44,142 nt of DNA, taken from positions 1 through 44,142 of the forward strand of contig JAUWLK010000001.1 in NCBI GenBank assembly GCA_030613745.1, in the 5' to 3' direction. Shown here one piece after another: positions 36,321 through 44,142 of the stretch; position 1 is the stretch's first letter, and each line of letters begins with the position of its first letter. A program made the position numbers and the translations under genes. The DNA comes from Flavobacteriaceae bacterium. GTDB lineage: Bacteria; Bacteroidota; Bacteroidia; Flavobacteriales; Flavobacteriaceae. The notes beneath the pieces are model-generated. The model saw only the letters and a program-made list of their open reading frames with translations, did no database searches and was not told the origin of the DNA.

Positions 36321-36350
36321 CAAATATAAAACTAAATCTTATCTTCACAA
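36321..36350 (-). promoter_or_regulatory. Promoter for the tRNA-fragment/GIY-YIG/tRNA unit
   Basis: Minus strand TTG (36348-36350)-N19-TATATTTG (36321-36328), ~17 bp upstream of the first tRNA 5' fragment. Confidence 0.65.
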
Positions 36351-36363
36351 GATAATTTTACCT

Positions 36364-36699
36364 TTATTCAAAAACTAGCTTATAAATTCTTGAAATAGAT
36401 TCTGATAATTCAAATATACCTATATGTCTACTTTTTCTAATTGTTTCTTTCCCTTCAAAAAATACTAAAATCGTTGGTTCAACGAACACACTATTTTTAG
36501 CTGAAATCTCAGGTGTTGCATTTATATCAATAAAATAAAAAGGGATTTTAGGGAACTCTTTATTTAACAAATCAATAACCTTTGGTTCTAAAGCTTCACC
36601 AACAGAGCAACTCAGAGTTGAAAAATATAATAACACTCCGGTATTTTTTGATATTATTTCATCAAATTCATTTAAATCTGAAATTGTTTTAAAGTCCAT
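36364..36699 (-). CDS. Thioredoxin-fold protein (CxxG instead of CxxC)
   Basis: LLYFSTLSCSVGEALEPK and VFVEPTILVFFEGKE. Divergent from trxB. Confidence 0.85.
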   Translation of the reverse strand: MDFKTISDLNEFDEIISKNTGVLLYFSTLSCSVGEALEPKVIDLLNKEFPKIPFYFIDINATPEISAKNSVFVEPTILVFFEGKETIRKSRHIGIFELSESISRIYKLVFE

Positions 36700-36804
36700 A
36701 TTATAAATAATTATACATCTATTTAAAAAAGTTATCGGTAAAGATATTTTAAAACCATAAAAAAATCTAATTTTGCTAATCTAAAATTTAAAATAATCTC
36801 AATT

Positions 36805-37752
36805 ATGTCAGATACAATTGAAAGAATAAAATGTTTAATTATTGGCTCAGGTCCTGCTGGGTATACTGCTGCAATTTATGCTGCAAGAGCCGATTTAAAA
36901 CCCGTAATGTACACTGGAATGCAAATGGGTGGGCAATTAACCACAACAACTGAAGTAGATAATTTTCCAGGTTACCCTGATGGTACAGATGGTACTGCAA
37001 TGATGGAAGATTTAAAAAAACAAGCAGAACGATTTGGCACAGAAGTTCGTTTTGGTTTAGTAACTAAAGTTGATTTAAGTGAAAAAGTTGGTGGTATTCA
37101 TAAAGTAACTGTTGATGAATCAAAAGTTATTGAAGCTGAAACAGTTATTATTTCAACCGGTGCAACAGCCAAATATTTAGGCTTAGAAAGTGAACAACGA
37201 TTGATTGGTGGTGGAGTTTCAGCTTGTGCTACTTGTGACGGTTTCTTTTATAAAGGTCAGGATGTAGTAGTTATTGGTGCAGGTGATACAGCTGCAGAGG
37301 AAGCCACATACTTATCTAATATTTGTAAAAAAGTAACCATAGTGGTTAGAAAAGATTATATGCGTGCTTCAAAGGCAATGCAACATCGAGTTAAGAAAAC
37401 CGAAAATATTGAAGTAATGTATAATACTGAAGTTGATGAAGTATTAGGAGATCAAGTTGTAGAAGGTGTTAGAGTTTTTAATAATATAAGCAATGAAAAA
37501 CAAGTACTTGATGTAACTGGATATTTTGTTGCAATTGGTCATAAACCAAATACTGAAATCTTTAAAGGATTTTTAGATATGGATGAAGTTGGTTATTTGA
37601 TTACTAAAGGTAAATCGACTAAAACAAATTTACCTGGTGTATTTGCTGCAGGTGATGTTCAAGATAAAGAATACCGTCAAGCAGTAACTGCTGCAGGTAC
37701 TGGCTGTATGGCTGCACTTGATTCTGAGCGCTATTTGGGTGCTTTAAAATAA
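36805..37752 (+). CDS. trxB: Thioredoxin-disulfide reductase
   Basis: GSGPAGYTAA, VSACATCDG, GAGDTA and GVFAAGD. Confidence 0.97.
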   Translation: MSDTIERIKCLIIGSGPAGYTAAIYAARADLKPVMYTGMQMGGQLTTTTEVDNFPGYPDGTDGTAMMEDLKKQAERFGTEVRFGLVTKVDLSEKVGGIHKVTVDESKVIEAETVIISTGATAKYLGLESEQRLIGGGVSACATCDGFFYKGQDVVVIGAGDTAAEEATYLSNICKKVTIVVRKDYMRASKAMQHRVKKTENIEVMYNTEVDEVLGDQVVEGVRVFNNISNEKQVLDVTGYFVAIGHKPNTEIFKGFLDMDEVGYLITKGKSTKTNLPGVFAAGDVQDKEYRQAVTAAGTGCMAALDSERYLGALK

Positions 37753-37781
37753 AATTTCAATACAATAATCAATTTAATTAA

Positions 37782-37818
37782 AAAAGGCAGGATTTTAAAA
37801 TTTAAAACCCTGCCTTTT
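37782..37818. terminator. Bidirectional terminator
   Basis: aaaaggcagg...cctgcctttt between convergent genes. Confidence 0.75.
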
Positions 37819-37888
37819 AATATAATCTACTGACAATAAGTGTTCTATATTGGAATAATAAAATTCAGTACTTAATACTTACTTTTTT

Positions 37889-38917
37889 TTACTCACTTAC
37901 TTCTCTTGCCTTTTTATTTTTATCACCATAGCGTTCTAATACCAATAGAATTAGTATTCCAAATATTATAAAACCAATTGCATACCAAGTAGAGCTTTCT
38001 GAAAAATTAGGAAAATATCGTTGGTAATTTTCAATAACTTTATTTCCTAAACTATCGAATAAAATTTCACCGTTTTCAGTTTTATAAATTTCTTTTTTCC
38101 AAGGCCAAACTATCCCTAATGAACCTGTAATAAAACCTATTATTAGAGCTGTCACTATTTGATGCCACCTTTTTAATAAAAATCCAATAATGTGGGACGT
38201 AAATACCAAGCCAAACATTGAACCTAATGTAAAGCTAGCAATAATTTTTAAATATCGCATTCGTACTTGATCGTGAATAAAATCAAAATTCAATGAAAAA
38301 ACATCTGCTATGATTTTATACAATTCATTTACAGAATCAACCAAAAGCAAAACATAATTTCCTAATAAAATCAATATAAATGAACCCGATAAACCAGGTA
38401 AAGTCATTCCTGTTACTCCAATTATTCCACAAAAAAACACAAACCATAGATTGTCATTTTCTTTTGCAGGATCCATCAAACTTATTGATACACCTATAAT
38501 AATACCAAAAATAATAGTTATAATATTTTGCCTACTCCAATCTTTAAAATCTTTTGCTATATAATAAATAGACCCTAGAATCATTCCAAAAAATGTACTC
38601 CAAACAAATAATTCATAGTGTCGAAGAAAATAATCAAGAACCCTTGAAACACTAAAATAACTAAAGATACTTCCGGCAAAAATTAACAATAAAAACCGAC
38701 CATTTACATATTGATAAAATCCTCTAAACCGCCTGTTTACTAAAAGCATAAAGGCTTTTCTATTTATCTTTTGTAAGGAATAAATTAACTCTTCATAAAA
38801 CCCGGCAACAAAAGCAACAGTACCTCCGGAAACTCCCGGAACTTTATTTGCTGCACCCATTGCCAATCCTTTAATAAAAAGGAAAATTTTATCTGATAAA
38901 GTTCTTGTACTAGCCAT
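37889..38917 (-). CDS. DUF368 membrane protein
   Basis: KGLAMGAANKVPGVSGGTVA and LPGLSGS, multiple TM segments. Confidence 0.9.
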   Translation of the reverse strand: MASTRTLSDKIFLFIKGLAMGAANKVPGVSGGTVAFVAGFYEELIYSLQKINRKAFMLLVNRRFRGFYQYVNGRFLLLIFAGSIFSYFSVSRVLDYFLRHYELFVWSTFFGMILGSIYYIAKDFKDWSRQNIITIIFGIIIGVSISLMDPAKENDNLWFVFFCGIIGVTGMTLPGLSGSFILILLGNYVLLLVDSVNELYKIIADVFSLNFDFIHDQVRMRYLKIIASFTLGSMFGLVFTSHIIGFLLKRWHQIVTALIIGFITGSLGIVWPWKKEIYKTENGEILFDSLGNKVIENYQRYFPNFSESSTWYAIGFIIFGILILLVLERYGDKNKKAREVSE

Positions 38918-39841
38918 TTAATCTTCTTTATTTACTGCTGATTTTTCTAACAATACTATAACCAGAAAACCTATTATCGAAAAAAATACAGCCAATAATA
39001 ACTGTGGGTTTTCTTGAAAAGTAAATGGTGAAACACTTTCTTCTTGTATTATCTTCAATTTACCATTTATAATTTCTGATTCTATAACTTTTTTCCAAGG
39101 CCATATTTTATTTAGAGAGCCTAAAATAAATCCTGTTAAAACAGCAAGGGTTACCGCCCTGTAACTATCAAATAGCCATTTTAAAAGACGTGAAAAAGTT
39201 AATAACCCTACAACAGCACCTGATATTAATAATATTATAGTTTTAATATCTTTGTCATGTAAGGCATCTAAAGCAGGTTTGTAAGCTCCTAATAACAATA
39301 AAATAAAACCACCTGAAATTCCAGGTAAAATCATAGCGCAAATAGCCAAACTACCAGCAAAAAACATAAACCATCCAGAAGTTGAATTACCTACCAGAGG
39401 AGGCAGTGTAGTAATGTAAAAACCTATTGCAGTACCAATTAAAAGCATTATTACAATAATAATATTCCATCTTTTTATTTGCTTAGCAACATAAATAACA
39501 CTTGCTAATACCAATCCGAAAAAGAAAGACCATACCAATATAGGTTCATTTTCTAACAACCATTTTATCAATTTAGCTAATGAAATTATACTGATAGCTA
39601 TCCCTATCAATAAGGAAATTAAAAAATTACCATTAATAGATTTCCACATGGCATTAAAGCCTTCATTCTTTAAAATTTTAAGTGTATTAAAATTTACAGA
39701 ACTAATTGTTTCCAATAATTCTTCATAAATACCTGAAATGAATGCAATTGTACCACCAGAAACTCCAGGAACAACATCAGCGGCTCCCATAGCTACACCT
39801 TTTAATGAAATAATTAAATAATCTTTAAGCGTTCTCTTCAT
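38918..39841 (-). CDS. DUF368 membrane protein (undecaprenyl-phosphate translocase family)
   Basis: MGAADVVPGVSGGTIA and AMILPGISG. Confidence 0.92.
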   Translation of the reverse strand: MKRTLKDYLIISLKGVAMGAADVVPGVSGGTIAFISGIYEELLETISSVNFNTLKILKNEGFNAMWKSINGNFLISLLIGIAISIISLAKLIKWLLENEPILVWSFFFGLVLASVIYVAKQIKRWNIIIVIMLLIGTAIGFYITTLPPLVGNSTSGWFMFFAGSLAICAMILPGISGGFILLLLGAYKPALDALHDKDIKTIILLISGAVVGLLTFSRLLKWLFDSYRAVTLAVLTGFILGSLNKIWPWKKVIESEIINGKLKIIQEESVSPFTFQENPQLLLAVFFSIIGFLVIVLLEKSAVNKED

Positions 39842-39907
39842 TAATCATAAAATTAAACGCCAAAGATAATTAATTTGTTTGAGGATATTAGATGTTAAAA
39901 ACTGAAA

Positions 39908-41305
39908 TTAATTAGAAGTTTTAAATTTTTGTATCAAACTTATAACTTCTTCACTTGTAAACACAGTTGGAAATATCTCTTTGATTATTTTGTGATATTC
40001 AAAATCAATTTTTAAGGATTTTTCAAGAAAGAAAAATCCTTCTTTATTTGTCTTAGATAAAAAGAACAGACCAGCCAATCGATAAGTTATTTCAGCATGA
40101 TCTTTATATTTTTTATTGGCATCAACTAAAATTTCTATAGCTTCACTAAACTCTCCTAAATAATGTAAAACATCCGCTAAAGCCATATATACATCAAGTC
40201 TGTCATCTTGCAATTCAATACATTTATAATATGCATTAGAAGCCTCTTCAAATAAATTTAAGTTCAAATTTATGCCAGCAAATTTATGCCAATACAGATT
40301 ATTCTCTTCGTCAATACTTATGGCTTTTTTAATGTAATATGACGCCTTTTGGTAATTTCTGTTTTTGATATACATATCCGTTAAAGCCAACCATCCTTTG
40401 TCTAATAACGGATCTTCATTTACTGTTTTATTAAAGTAATCTATTGCTTTTTTAGGTTGGTTTAACTTTTCATAACATTTCCCTATTCTTAAAAAAGTAA
40501 AAGAAGTTGGAGTATCAAGTTCCATTGTTATTTGATAAAATTTTATCGCCTCTTCGTATTTTTCTAACTCTTCAAAAGTTTTGGCTTTTTCAAGATGAGC
40601 TCCAATAAAATTTTCATCAATTAAAATAGCATAATCAAATGCTTCTAATGCTTTTTGGTAATTTTTAGTTATAAAATATTGACGTCCTAACTGATGCCAA
40701 GCCACTTCAACATAAGGCTCTTTATCAATATAATTTTTTAAATATTCAATAGCCTCTTTGTTTTGATCCATCATATCATAACAATAAATCACATTGTATA
40801 ATGAAGAATAATTATCGAATTCAACATCTAAACATTTGGCAAAATTAAATCGAGCAGTATCAAAATCATCTAAAAACAAATATTCCATTCCAATCATAGA
40901 TAAAATTTCTGTTTCATCATCAGTAAAAAGTAATGCTTTTTGTAAAGATTCTACAGCTTTTTTATGCTCTCCTCTTTTAGAAAATATAGTGGCTTTTTGA
41001 ATATATATTTCATCGTTAGAAGGCTCAATCTCATGCAATTGATCTAAAACTTTTTCAGCTAAATCTAATTTTTCATCTAATATTAACAATTCAACTTTTA
41101 CTAATTTTAAAATAACAGAAGTTGGATGTTGAGTTAAACCCAAATTAAGAGCTTTTTTAGCTAAAGAGAATTTTCCATTATTAATGTAAAACAGGATTAT
41201 TTCTTCAAACTCATTTGAGTCAAAAAAATAAACACTATTTGTTCTTAACATCAACTCAAATTTTGACAAGGGTAAATTATCATTATCATTTGAAAATTGT
41301 TGCAT
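39908..41305 (-). CDS. Tetratricopeptide-repeat protein
   Basis: Repeated TPR-like helices (AWHQLGRQY...KALEAFDYAI). Confidence 0.88.
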   Translation of the reverse strand: MQQFSNDNDNLPLSKFELMLRTNSVYFFDSNEFEEIILFYINNGKFSLAKKALNLGLTQHPTSVILKLVKVELLILDEKLDLAEKVLDQLHEIEPSNDEIYIQKATIFSKRGEHKKAVESLQKALLFTDDETEILSMIGMEYLFLDDFDTARFNFAKCLDVEFDNYSSLYNVIYCYDMMDQNKEAIEYLKNYIDKEPYVEVAWHQLGRQYFITKNYQKALEAFDYAILIDENFIGAHLEKAKTFEELEKYEEAIKFYQITMELDTPTSFTFLRIGKCYEKLNQPKKAIDYFNKTVNEDPLLDKGWLALTDMYIKNRNYQKASYYIKKAISIDEENNLYWHKFAGINLNLNLFEEASNAYYKCIELQDDRLDVYMALADVLHYLGEFSEAIEILVDANKKYKDHAEITYRLAGLFFLSKTNKEGFFFLEKSLKIDFEYHKIIKEIFPTVFTSEEVISLIQKFKTSN

Positions 41306-41465
41306 ATTTGTTTCTTTTTCCTTGACACTAAAGTAGGTTAGATTAAAGTTATAAATTTAATAATGATTATTTTTTCTTAACAATTTAATTAACACACTAT
41401 TTTTTATAAAAACATCACAAAAAAAAATGTAACTTTGCCAAAATAAACAATGTTTTATTGATACT

Positions 41466-42011
41466 ATGGCTAAAAAGTCTTTACTTAACGAAAAAGAAAT
41501 AAACATCATTCTTCATCGTTTGGCTTGTCAACTTATTGAAAATCATCAGGATTTTTCTAACACAATTTTAATTGGAATGCAACCACGAGGTATATATTTA
41601 GCTAACAGATTAGTAAATATATTAGAAAATGAATACCATATAAAAAATATTCAATTAGGTAAATTAGATATTACTTTTTATCGTGATGACTTTAGAAGAA
41701 GAGAAGATCCTTTAGCTGCTAGTAAAACTGATATCAATTTTATAGTTGACAATAAAAATGTTGTTTTTATTGATGATGTATTATTTTCTGGAAGAAGCAT
41801 AAGAGCAGCTCTAACTGCAATTCAAGCTTTTGGTAGACCAAAAAATATTGAATTGCTGGTTTTAATTGATCGTAGATTTAGCAGACATCTACCAATTCAA
41901 CCTGATTATAAAGGCACACAAGTTGATGTAATTAAAGACGAACAAGTACAAGTTGTTTGGAAAGAAAATAATAAAAAAGATGCAGTTTATTTAATCAATT
42001 CTGATAATTAA
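41466..42011 (+). CDS. pyrR: PyrR / uracil phosphoribosyltransferase
   Basis: LDITFYRDD, VFIDDVLFSGRSIRAAL and LPIQPDY. Confidence 0.95.
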   Translation: MAKKSLLNEKEINIILHRLACQLIENHQDFSNTILIGMQPRGIYLANRLVNILENEYHIKNIQLGKLDITFYRDDFRRREDPLAASKTDINFIVDNKNVVFIDDVLFSGRSIRAALTAIQAFGRPKNIELLVLIDRRFSRHLPIQPDYKGTQVDVIKDEQVQVVWKENNKKDAVYLINSDN

Positions 42012-42067
42012 TAAAGCATTTATTTTAATATGTTTAAAAATATAGAATTTTCAATTTCAAAAAAGAA

Positions 42068-42997
42068 ATGGCTGAATTAAGTGTTACCAATTTACTAGGC
42101 ATTAAACACATTAACAAAGAGGATATCAATTTAATATTTGAAACTGCCGATCATTTTAAAGAAGTTATCAATCGTCCCATTAAAAAAGTTCCCTCTTTAA
42201 GAGATATTACAATTGCCAATTTATTTTTTGAAAACAGTACTCGAACCAGGTTGTCATTTGAACTGGCCGAGAAAAGGTTATCTGCTGATATAATTAACTT
42301 TTCATCTGCCCAATCTTCGGTAAAAAAAGGAGAAACACTAATTGATACTGTAAATAATATACTTTCTATGAAAGTTGATATTATAATAATGCGTCATCCT
42401 AATGAAGGAGCAGGCGAATTTCTTTCAAAACACATCAATGCAAAAATAATAAATGCTGGTGATGGAGCACATGAACATCCTACTCAGGCATTATTAGATT
42501 CTTACTCTATTCGTGAAAAACTGGGAACAGTTAAAGGTAAAAAAATTGTTATTGTTGGCGATGTTTTACATTCAAGAGTAGCGCTTTCAAATATTTATGC
42601 CTTACAATTACTTGGAGCTGAAGTTAAACTTTGCGGGCCAACAACATTAATTCCTAAACACATAACAAAATTAGGAGTTGGCTATGAAAAAAATTTAAAG
42701 AAAGCTTTAGAATGGTGTGATGTAGCCAATGTTTTAAGAGTACAACATGAAAGAATGGAAATCAAATATTTTCCATCTATAAGAGAATATACACAACTTT
42801 TCGGCATCAATAAAGAGTTATTAAATTCAATTGATAAAGAAATTGTAATTATGCATCCTGGTCCAATTAACCGAGGTGTTGAACTTACAAGTGATGTTGC
42901 CGACTCAAAACAGTCAATTATATTAAATCAAGTTGAAAATGGTGTTGCCATAAGAATGGCTGTTATCTATTTATTAGCCCAACAAATTAAACGATAA
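42068..42997 (+). CDS. pyrB: Aspartate carbamoyltransferase catalytic subunit
   Basis: FFENSTRTRLSFE, HEHPTQALLD and MHPGPINRG. Confidence 0.97.
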   Translation: MAELSVTNLLGIKHINKEDINLIFETADHFKEVINRPIKKVPSLRDITIANLFFENSTRTRLSFELAEKRLSADIINFSSAQSSVKKGETLIDTVNNILSMKVDIIIMRHPNEGAGEFLSKHINAKIINAGDGAHEHPTQALLDSYSIREKLGTVKGKKIVIVGDVLHSRVALSNIYALQLLGAEVKLCGPTTLIPKHITKLGVGYEKNLKKALEWCDVANVLRVQHERMEIKYFPSIREYTQLFGINKELLNSIDKEIVIMHPGPINRGVELTSDVADSKQSIILNQVENGVAIRMAVIYLLAQQIKR

Positions 42998-43019
42998 TAA
43001 ATATCAAGAAAATAAATTT

Positions 43020-43364
43020 ATGCTTATAAATAAAACAAAATCATTTACAGTTATTCAACCATCATCAAAAATTGATAAAATAAATATATTAAAATTCAAT
43101 ACTGATTTTAATGAAAAATATATTAACTTTAAAAACGATAATTTAATTTTAGATTTTTCTAATAATATTAACTTTGATTTAAAAAAAATCTTATTATTTT
43201 CGCAAAAGAGTAAAGAACATAAAAAAAATAAGAAATCTTTCGTTATAGTTTGTAATGGTATAGATTTTGATGAATTAGATAATGAAATGATTACTGTTCC
43301 TACTTTAAAAGAAGCTGAAGATATTATTGAAATAGAAGAAATTGAACGAGATTTAGGGATTTAA
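43020..43364 (+). CDS. Hypothetical protein upstream of rnz
   Basis: 114-aa ORF in the operon, ending VPTLKEAEDIIEIEEIERDLG (STAS-like C-terminus). Confidence 0.75.
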   Translation: MLINKTKSFTVIQPSSKIDKINILKFNTDFNEKYINFKNDNLILDFSNNINFDLKKILLFSQKSKEHKKNKKSFVIVCNGIDFDELDNEMITVPTLKEAEDIIEIEEIERDLGI

Positions 43365-43373
43365 AATAACTAT

Positions 43374-43736
43374 ATGGTAAAAAAACTACTTTTAATTCTT
43401 TTTTTATTAACCTTTTCTACTGCAATCTTTGCACAAGACGATGATTCCTTAGATAAAAACATTCTTGAAACCTCATTAAGTGGTATTCGTGATGTAGTGG
43501 CATCACCAAATCCATTTAGTGTGACTACCAGGATTCGTTTTTATGCTGAAGATGTGATTGAAATAGATTTTTATGTAAAAGATTTACTTGGAAATACTAT
43601 TCATGCAGAAAAAGTTAAAACTAAAAAAGGAGCAAATTCTATTCCTTTTTTTCGAGATGAACTCGAATCTGGAATTTATATTTATTCGTTAAAAACTAAA
43701 TCTAAAGTTATTTCAAAGCGAATTGTAATAAAATGA
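43374..43736 (+). CDS. Signal peptide plus T9SS type A C-terminal sorting domain protein
   Basis: SPNPF, DLLGN, LESGIYIYSL and KRIVIK. Confidence 0.8.
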   Translation: MVKKLLLILFLLTFSTAIFAQDDDSLDKNILETSLSGIRDVVASPNPFSVTTRIRFYAEDVIEIDFYVKDLLGNTIHAEKVKTKKGANSIPFFRDELESGIYIYSLKTKSKVISKRIVIK

Positions 43737-44142
43737 GTTTAAAACTCACTATATTAGGATGTCACTCTGCAACACCACGTACTTTTGCACATCCAACCTC
43801 GCAATATTTAGAAATAAATAATCGTTATTTTTTAATAGACTGTGGAGAAGGTACCCAAACACAATTACGCAAATACAAAATAAAGTTTTCTAAACTTAAA
43901 AATATTTTTATTTCGCATTTACATGGAGATCATTTTTATGGTTTAATCGGTTTAATATCTACTTTTAATTTATTAAATCGTCAAACAGAACTACATATTT
44001 ATGCTCCAAAAGGAGCAAAAGAAATTATCAATTTACAATTCAAATTGTCAAAATCTTGGATCAAATATCCATTACATTTTCATGAACTTTCTTCTAAAAA
44101 AAGTGAAAAAATATTTGAAGACGATAAAGTTGAAGTTCACAC
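43733..44142 (+). CDS. rnz: Ribonuclease Z (partial, runs off the window; not in the ORF track)
   Basis: ATG 43733 gives MSLKLTILGCHSATP...LIDCGEGTQ...IFISHLHGDH (metallo-beta-lactamase motif). Confidence 0.93.
   Translation, partial: MSLKLTILGCHSATPRTFAHPTSQYLEINNRYFLIDCGEGTQTQLRKYKIKFSKLKNIFISHLHGDHFYGLIGLISTFNLLNRQTELHIYAPKGAKEIINLQFKLSKSWIKYPLHFHELSSKKSEKIFEDDKVEVH

Noticed and set aside
37889-39841. Tandem DUF368 genes as a recent duplication
   Set aside because: The proteins are strongly diverged and sit among core genes, so this looks like an old paralogue pair.
41306-41465. PyrR-binding attenuator upstream of pyrR
   Set aside because: The short AT-rich spacer has a TAACTTTG -7 box close to the start, but I see no binding-loop consensus or terminator.

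Overview
AT-rich window of a Bacteroidota (Flavobacteriaceae-like) chromosome; TAnnTTTG promoters, SusC/SusD and a T9SS-domain gene support this. Positions ~979-35838 are a ~35 kb integrative element inserted at the 3' end of a minus-strand tRNA-Pro(TGG) (35823-35897). It is bounded by a 17-bp direct repeat and has an intact tyrosine integrase next to the tRNA. Its left part is a mobilisable-element backbone: a hypothetical gene, DUF932, ssb, a radC/JAB gene interrupted by a 303-bp repeat-ended insert, a candidate oriT, a BfmA-like mobilisation gene and a truncated relaxase. Long imperfect hairpins precede the leading-region genes and look like ssDNA promoters. The cargo is a self-contained glycosaminoglycan/uronate utilisation locus (HTCS, GH88, SusC/D, SGNH esterase, FG-GAP protein, sulfatase, heparinase II/III, kduI/kduD/kdgK/eda/exuT), followed by deleted galK/galE remnants and galT. 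A third att copy (791-807) and a truncated second integrase mark an older tandem element at the left edge. Upstream of the tRNA is a small GIY-YIG gene that takes its stop codon from the tRNA 5' end. It is preceded by a tRNA-Pro copy whose T-arm is replaced by a different hairpin. The right end is core chromosome (thioredoxin-like gene, trxB, two DUF368 genes, TPR protein, pyrR, pyrB, rnz). All calls come from reading the sequence by eye; no searches or folding programs were run.
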